56,602 nt of DNA from the NCBI GenBank assembly GCA_051294375.1, contig CM119269.1, positions 5,223,946-5,280,547 of the forward strand. The letters run 5' to 3'. Below, piece by piece: positions 49,349-56,602 of this stretch. The translations under genes were made by a program, and so were the position numbers. The notes under the pieces were generated by a model. It had not been told where the DNA came from. It saw only the letters and a list, made by a program, of their open reading frames with translations, and did not search any database. The stretch is from Paraspadella gotoi. Taxonomy: Eukaryota; Animalia; Chaetognatha. The number at the start of each line of letters is the position of its first letter. The stretch's first letter is position 1.

Positions 49349-49550
49349 ATGTGTGATGCCTGGGGTGTGAGGCATCTCCCGACAGCTGGCGCTCAGGGAC
49401 TTGGACCTGGAGTGACCACCCCATGTCACTGGCGTGTTTATACCGACACCATCACGGTTTAACCAGCGTGACCATGAGGGGATTGAAACCGGAACTCACA
49501 GTTGTCCAAGCCAATGGGACGAGCAGAGTTTCACCAAGCTATACGGGAAG
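49349..49550 (-). mobile_element. SINE-like element sharing the body of 29555-29745 but with a different tRNA-like head (degraded duplicate at about 41350-41670)
   Basis: Shared tgtcactggc.tgtttataccg.cacc.tcac; head with A-box-like TAGCTTGGTG and B-box-like GGTTTCAATCC. Confidence 0.55.
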
Positions 49551-49734
49551 CGAATTTAGGATTCGCCACAACGCTATCTTTTTCCGCATTAAACTAGATT
49601 ACGAATTGTTTAAAATCGTTTAAATAAAGTTTAACGATTTAACGGCGAAAAAAATGGGAGGGGTTTAAAAGGACAAAAAGAGAGAGATGTCGTAAATATT
49701 ATGCATAAACTTCACAAAGCGGTCGAACGTCCTC

Positions 49735-50600
49735 TTTAAATATGAAGTTTGATCCCTCAAGGATTCCTTCCTTTCGTCGATAGCGAGCAGTCTTCCACGC
49801 CAACCCCACCCGCCTTCACCCCCGAGCACCCCCGCCGTTCGATAGTTTTTCCTCTTTTTTTTTGGCTTCGTGTCACAAATCCGCTTTCTCTTTTCGCTTT
49901 TTAAAAAATTTTTCTTCCAACTTAGATATAATTTTCCTCTTTGAAATCTCCACATCTTCGCTTTCATATTTCGCTTCCATGCCTCGTCGCCAGATATTCC
50001 TTTTCATTTGATTCCCTTTGGTCCGTAGGTAGTCCTTCTCTTTCTTTATATCCCTTTCCTTTTATCCCTTTTCTTTTTACTCTTCCTCCTCACCTCTCCC
50101 CCAACCCCACACCCTCAACGTCGTCCCACTACCTCGCCCGCCGTGACCCTGACCCTTTAACCTTCTGACCCGCCTCTGGAGGTCATCCAACAAAAAGAGA
50201 ACATGAAGATGTAGCGAGTTTAAAGAATTGGCTCCNNNNNNNNNNNNNNNNNNNNNNNNNAAAAGGATAAAAGGAAAGGGATATAACCAGAAAGAGAAGG
50301 ACTACCTACGGACAAAGGGAAACTAAATGAAAATGGAATATCTGGCGACGAGGCATGGAAGCGAAATATGAAAGCGAAGATGTGGGAGATTTCAAAGAGG
50401 AAAATTATTATCTAAGTTGGAAGAAAAATTTAAAAAAGCGAAAAAGAAAGCGGGATTTGTGACACGGAAGCCAAAAAAAAAGAGGAAAAACTATCGACAA
50501 CGCGGGGGTGCTCCAGGGGTGGAAGGCGCGGGTGGCGGTGGAAGACATGCTCGGCTAAATCGAGCGGAAAGGAAGGTAAATCCTTGAGGATATATCACTA
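49735..50600. repeat. Local fold-back: 49735-50235 inverted relative to 50261-50600 and 41820-42415
   Basis: cgctttcatatttcgcttccatgcctcgtcgccagatattcc (49959) vs gaatatctggcgacgaggcatggaagcgaaatatgaaagcg (50336); turning point at the N gap 50236-50260. Confidence 0.8.
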
Positions 50601-51886
50601 CTTCATATCCTATTAGTAAGGACCTGACTTTCTCCTCCCTCGTTCGCACTACCGTTTTCGCGAACTAGATCAAACACGTTCAGCTACCATTGTCACAATC
50701 ATATCCGCACCTGCTTCGTTGGATAACTTAACAGCGTTTTCTCACTACTCCGAAACAACATTATATGATTCTCGCGCTCCAAAGGCAGCACAACATAAAG
50801 TTAATGAAGCTGTTTTTCGAGGAATCGACTGAGACGCAGCACGCGTTGGACCAGCTAGGAAGAGATTTCGTTGACGGGATTTAGAGAAGAACTAGAGACT
50901 GAGACACCGTAGATCTTAGTTACCCATGAAACGTGTTAATGAGGCGTAGAGATGAGCGTGAGAGAGAGATTGTGAAGAGAGGACCGATGAGAGAACGGAG
51001 ATGGACGAGAGAATGAGATGAGAGAGTAGGAGAGTGCATGTTGAACGTTGAGACAGTGCTGAGATGAGAGAGATGAGATGAGGAACGATCGACGACGGGC
51101 ATTGACGAGAGACCGATCGCACGCAAGAGACGAGAGATTGAGCGTATAGAAAAAGCAGATAGGTTAGTTTTAAACGTGTACAGAAACGAGACTCGAAAAA
51201 AGCAACAATCTCCAGTCAAGTCGTAATAATTTCTTTACAGGAAGCTACTCTCATTAAATGTGCGCGGAACAAATTCCTTTTATTTTTTTCTTAGGATCTA
51301 CTTAATCTGTGATAATTTGATCATTTACGTGTGGTAAAAAGTTTAAACGTGATTGCTTGCTTGAGAAGGCATTTGGGGCCGACTAACGTCCAGTTGGAGC
51401 CTCGGAAATAATTACTGATCCGTAAGAGAGAGAGAGAGAGGACAGAACTGCGAGAAGAGATAAGGAGCACCATGCTCATTATCCACTTGACGAACAGGCT
51501 ATGCCTGAGATGAGAGACCGACCGATAGACGCGAACGCCATGCGTATGAGAATGAGAGAGACGAACGGATGAGCAGATGAGAGAGAGAAGAGAAAGAGAG
51601 AGAGAATGAGAGGAGCAGAGTGAGAGAGAGAGTGACGCAAGTAGCATGGAGGGAGTCGGTGGGTCTCAATCCGAGGCGAGGGTGAGGAAGTGAAGCGGGA
51701 GAGAGGAGCATGAGAGGCATGAGATGAGAGGAGAGAGAGATGAAATGAGAGAGAGAGAGAGAGAGCAGAGAGGACGAGTGAGAGATGAGAGGAATAAACA
51801 CTTGTTCTTGTAAATCTCTTAGGTCTGGTTAATAGAGAGAGAGAGAGAGCGGAGAGGCGAGTTGACTCGAGTGAAGTGAGAGAAGA

Positions 51887-51921
<35 letters not shown>

Positions 51922-52111
51922 GGAATAAAACTGGTCGTAAATTTCAATCGGTTAATGTAGTAACGAGAAATAAAAAACACTATAAATTATACAATGGGGA
52001 TTAAGCATCATTATCAATTTCATTCTGTTTCTAACTTGAGCCTATTTTTTACATATACCAGCAATAATTATTCGCAAATCAAATTAGTTTACGTAGAAAA
52101 TTAACTCACAG

Positions 52112-52672
52112 ATGGCCGCTGGGATTTTTTTTCTCCCCAACGGTTTTTATCTCCTTTAATCCATCATACGAAGGACTGAAGCACAACAACAACGACAAAA
52201 ACAACAATAACAACAACGACAACAACGCCCGTCGACTGTCCTGACGTTTTGATTTAAATCGGACGCCCGGCTTGTCGGTCGTGCGTCGAAGCCACGCCTC
52301 TTTGTCAGTCACGTCGACCTTTGTCAGTGGAATCGACCCACGCGTTTGTCACGCCTTCTTGTCAGTCACGTCGACCCATGTCATTGTGATTGGCCGGAAT
52401 GTGGTCACGCCCACTCAACGTCGGACGCGTCTCTCTTTACCTTCGATCACGATTGTGAGAAATTTTCTAATTTACTCACGTCACCTGGCGCCGCTTGGTA
52501 CCGCTGGGTCCCTCTGGGCGTCGGTAATCCGACCGCTAAATAGTGGCGCTGGTCAGCATCAATCAAGGCGAAACGCTTCGGTGCGGGAAATTAACGCCGG
52601 TGCGCCCAACGAGTTAATGTATACGTGGCGTTTCATTCAAATCTTTCAAAAAATAATAACTGAAAAGTGAAT
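52112..52672 (+). other. Possible upstream exon of the CUB gene (low-accuracy sequence; duplicate at 43368-43990)
   Basis: actcacag| acceptor and GAAT|gtgagt donor, whose T would give W-CNKT in phase 1; GC-rich; the two copies differ by indels, so the frame is unresolved. Confidence 0.35.
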
Positions 52673-53018
52673 GTGAGTCTGCGAGTCTGTCTGTACTTCC
52701 TCACTTGTAAAGTGTTACGTAAGCCTACGAACTGTGATTAGGATATCATAGGTTTACAAATAGTAGTTTATAATTTACTCCCGCTCATTTACTATTCTCT
52801 ACTTCAACCTAATCACATCAAATCAAACCGAGAGCCGATTCATTTCGGGGCCATAATTAATTCTGCCTTCATTCTTCGTTGTCTTCCCATTTTCTATCAA
52901 TTCAAATTATATTCTGCAATTCAAATATTTTATTTATCTTTTATTCATTTATTCATTCATTCGTTCGTTCATTCGTTTAACTTCCAATATTGATTTTTTC
53001 GCCTCTTTTCTTCTACAG

Positions 53019-53162
53019 GGTGCAACAAAACAATCTACGGCGAACGCGGTCGACAGTACAAGTTGTCGAGTCCCACCCTGTACTGGAGAAATCAGAATCG
53101 TCCGCTCCATTGCTCCTACAAATTCGTCGCCGAGGGAAAAGAGAATTTTGGCGAAATTATCG
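53019..53162 (+). CDS. CUB gene exon (CNKTIYGERGRQYKLSSPTLYWRNQNRPLHCSYKFVAEGKENFGEII)
   Basis: ttctacag| acceptor, G|gtaagg donor, phase 1-1. Confidence 0.85.
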
Positions 53163-56100
53163 GTAAGGAATGGCTGGAGTGGAGCCGTGGTTAAGCTGGA
53201 GTGGAGCCGTGGTGAAGTTGGATTGGAGCTGTGGTAAAGCTGTAAATGACCATGGTGAAATTGGAGAAAAGATGCGGTGAGGCCATCGTGGAAGATTGGC
53301 GAAGCCGGAGTGGAGCTGTGGTAAAGCTGGAGTAAGGCTGGGGTGAAGCTGGAGAGCAGCTGAGTATGGCAGACGTGGAGTTGAGAAGGAGCTTCAAACG
53401 AGCCTTAAGAAGGAATTGGTAAAATGAAGTGGTCAGGTTTCTGGTTTCATCCACCCTTCTTTCCCTATCCAGGTGTGACTTTCACCACCCTCAAAGTGGG
53501 TCGTCTCGACCCCTCCAACGCGTGCCAGGGGGGCTATCTCCGGGTCATCGACGGACCCTTGACCCCGAACAACACCAACTACAACAGCCGGGGCAAATTC
53601 TGCGGGTCTCTGCCCACCACCACATCTTTCTACTCCGAGACGGATTCCCTGCAATTGGGTCAGTTCTCGTTGAGGGAAGGTGGGGTTAGGGTAAGGCAGA
53701 GGCGAGGCGAGGGTAAGAAGGGTAAGGGTCTTCACGTACTTTACGAAAGAGGATTGAGGTATTCGTGTTTAAATTTTTAATTTCCCTTTATAGTAATATA
53801 AATTATAGTACGTACAAGCATTGTTTTTTATTATATGAAATAGTTTTTCATTCTGAGGCAACTCTGCTATAAGCAAGAACAATTTTGCCAAATATTTCGT
53901 CATATATTTTTATGAAATCATCAGTGGTAAAAAGACGTTTAAAGAATATTTTGGGTTTTTTTTTCCTGGTTTTTATTCATTTTTTCAATTTTTTCTTTAA
54001 CTCAAGTTTTTGAATATTTTCTAAGTCTGGAAATTAAGCCGATACCTACATAACATTCTTACCTTAATTTCATGAAACCCTAATCGCGCATATTTTTAGT
54101 CACGGCTCCAGCAGTGACTCGATAACTTACTTTTTTGGTCTGGCTCTCTGTCGAACAGTCTATCTGTCTTTTTATATCTACTGTGTGTGTCGGTCTGAAC
54201 GTAGAAGTTATGTTAAAGTAATAATAAAAAGTTTAATCTGTTACTGAAAAATATTCTATTGTATAAATAATGTGTTTAAGAAATCCAATGAAAAACGCAT
54301 CGCCAATAAAGAAACAAAGATGCCGAGAAAGAAGAGGAGGAGGAGGAGGATGTGACAAGGCGAAATCGCAAAGGAAATTTGAAAACCTTGAAATATTAAT
54401 ATTTTTATAAAAAGTTAAAGAAAAGGAGGTTAATAAAAGAAAAGTTCAAGCACCATAGAATACATAAAGGAATTATAAAAGGCGGCAGGCTTGGTTCATT
54501 CGGAGACCGAATTATGCTACTTTTTTTTCAAAAAGTTTATATTCGTCTTTTCTCCGTCTTCTTCAAAGACTTTTTATTTCCATTTTTGAGGAGAGAGAGA
54601 GAGAGAGAGAGTTTCTTTTTCTTTTGAAAACTCGTATTTATTATGTATGCGACAAGAGAGGAAAAGAGAAAAAAATACTGTCAGGTTTTTTGTTTCAAAG
54701 AATATCTCGTCTTTCTGTTCACGTGAGTTTAGAAGAATCTTCCCCCCCCCAACACCTTTTTTCCCAAACCCACCCTATTCTTTCCACCACCATCTTTCCA
54801 CCATCCGCCCACCTTGCCCAACCACAGTTTTCCACAGCGATTTCTACTCTACCGATTCCTACTTTGAGATGAACTTCCGATTTTACTCCAAAAATGATTT
54901 TCAACGAAGATACGGAGTTTACGGCCGCCGTTCCACGGGAGAAGTCGTGAGAAACACGTGAGTTGGCAGTGAGTGGGTAATGGGTGGATAGTGAGTGGAC
55001 AGGTGGGTGGGGAGACAGGAGTGTGTTGGGAGTGAGAGGACGGATGTGGTGGTGAATTTAAGAAAAGAATTTGAGAAGCGCTATCACACAATACCTCCAT
55101 AGCTAGCGTTGAGAAGTTGATGCACTTGAAACCTGGTGCGCACTGCGCAGGTACGTATAACGATCTACAATTTAATTTAATTTAAATAAAATACAAAGTA
55201 AATTAAATCATCAGGTAGCAAACCAAGAGTAAAGAAGACGGGTTAAGCGAGGAAATTATTGACTGTTAATTTAGCATTAGAGAATTGGGGCAGAGAATGA
55301 GATAAATATTCGCAAAAAGTATCGATAAATGGCCAAAGACAGAAGGTCTGGAATAAAAACCGTAATTTTATCGAACTGAGTTGAGAGGATGAAAGCGATA
55401 ACGGCAGCTGCCGATAATTGCTTCTCCCGATTAAAAAACGAAGAAAACGAATTAAAAAAAAAAAAATTCTGCCCTCGTCGCCCGACTTCGTTCGAGCCTG
55501 TCGAGAAGCACCGCGTTTACGCCTGTCGGGCCTGATTACGTCTGCAACGGCGGAGTCGTCGTTGGCCGTCGGCAAAAGCCAAGCGGTTGACAGTTTAAAA
55601 GAGGACTTTGTCGTCGCTCGTCCTTATTTGTTCGAGCTAATCAAAAAAAAAGTAGAACGGCATTGATTGTCAAAGAGAGAGCCTCTTGGTCCCCCGTCAA
55701 TAATGTGAATGTCAGCACTAATCAAGACGAGCCTCGACGTGTCTTCGAAACAGCGTGGCTTTCCACGCTCGGCATTCTCTATGATAGGAAGCGTTGTCAG
55801 CGCCTGCCATACCATTCTTTTTTTTTTTTTAACCCCTTATCGTCTTTTTTTCCCACTTCTCCGATTTCTTTTTTTATCTCCTCCTGTTTTCTAATCTGAT
55901 TTTTTTTTCCCTTCCTTTCTCATCCTTCTAATCTATATCCTATTTCTCATTTTCTATCCTATCCTCCCGATGCATTTTTTTTCCTTTTCCCATCTCTCTT
56001 TTCCAACCTTTCTTTTTCCATCTCTCCTTTCCCATCTCTCTCTCCTCTCATCTCATCCTTCCCCTCTCACTCTTCCTCCCCTTCCATTTCCCAAACCCCT

Positions 56101-56330
56101 CGCCCATCCTTACCCACCCCCGATCCCTCCAGCTACTGCGACAAAGTCTTCACGGACTGCGGCCCCACCAACTGCTCCATCCAGAGCCCCGGTTACCCGG
56201 GCGTCTACCCGCGAAACATAACGTGTCGGTTCCTCGTCACGGCGTCGAATCCCGCGCGAGGGCGCTTCGTCAAAATTTGGAACGAGGCCAACACCTTCGA
56301 CGTGGACGGAGCCGTCTGCGCCGACGAGTG
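53019..56330 (+). CDS. Multi-CUB-domain extracellular protein, partial; exons 53019-53162, 53473-53658, 54828-54957, 56133-56330; continues beyond the window
   Basis: In-phase GT-AG exons give CNKTIYGERG...HCSYKFVA...GVTFTTLKVG...CQGGYLRVID...GKFCGS...FYSETDSLQLVFHSD...FEMNFRF...TYCDKVFTDC...CSIQSPGYPGVYPRNITCRF. CUB hallmarks: SPxYPxxYPxNxxC, GKFCG, LxFHSD. Confidence 0.9.
53171..53345 (+). repeat. 22-bp degenerate intronic minisatellite (gctggagtggagccgtggttaa)
   Basis: Unit repeated and progressively decayed in the first CUB-gene intron. Confidence 0.7.
53473..53658 (+). CDS. CUB gene exon (GVTFTTLKVG...GKFCGSLPTTTSFYSETDSLQL)
   Basis: tatccag| acceptor, G|gtcagt donor, phase 1-1. Confidence 0.88.
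54828..54957 (+). CDS. CUB gene exon (VFHSDFYSTDSYFEMNFRFYSK...GEVVRNT)
   Basis: accacag| acceptor, AC|gtgagt donor, phase 1-2. Confidence 0.82.
56133..56330 (+). CDS. CUB gene exon (YCDKVFTDCGPTNCSIQSPGYPGVYPRNITCRFLV...)
   Basis: ctccag| acceptor, TG|gtgaga donor, phase 2-2. Confidence 0.9.
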
Positions 56331-56487
56331 GTGAGATTGGGGGGGGAGAGTTTTCTTCTTTTTCTGGTCTGTCAGTGTCTCTCTCCCTCTTCTTATTTCT
56401 CTTTCTTCCCCTCCTTTCTCTGCCAACAATCTCACTTCCTTCCCTTCCTCCATTTTTCCCACTCTCTCTTCTCTCTCTCTCTCTCCT

Positions 56488-56536
<49 letters not shown>

Positions 56537-56602
56537 ACTCTTGCTAGCGACAGTCAGGAACCCCGCGTTTCGCATTGTATCCTAAAAGTTGCGCGAGTTT
56601 AA

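Overview
Eukaryotic (animal, probably invertebrate) draft genomic DNA: AT-rich, full of GA/CT microsatellites and N gaps. A large part consists of indel-riddled inverted (fold-back) or direct copies of neighbouring sequence, most likely amplification or long-read assembly artefacts. Three protein-coding loci are supported. (1) A five-exon iodothyronine deiodinase selenoprotein gene on the + strand (7717-14513), missed by the ORF track. It has an in-frame TGA in the FGSCT-U-PP active site (10876-10878) and a type-I SECIS-like hairpin downstream (17639-17681; second copy 21190-21230, - strand). Most of exon 4 lies in a gap but can be rebuilt from three inverted copies. (2) A single ~760-codon multi-transmembrane ORF with XK-related (scramblase family) motifs (35631-37931, -), with a frameshifted inverted copy. 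(3) A spliced multi-CUB-domain gene running off the right edge (53019-56330+). Also seen: tRNA-derived SINE-like repeats with two different heads on a shared body, several minisatellites, an intronic hairpin, nuclear-receptor half-site clusters and a weak chain of unidentified exons. All calls are by eye; no database searches were run.
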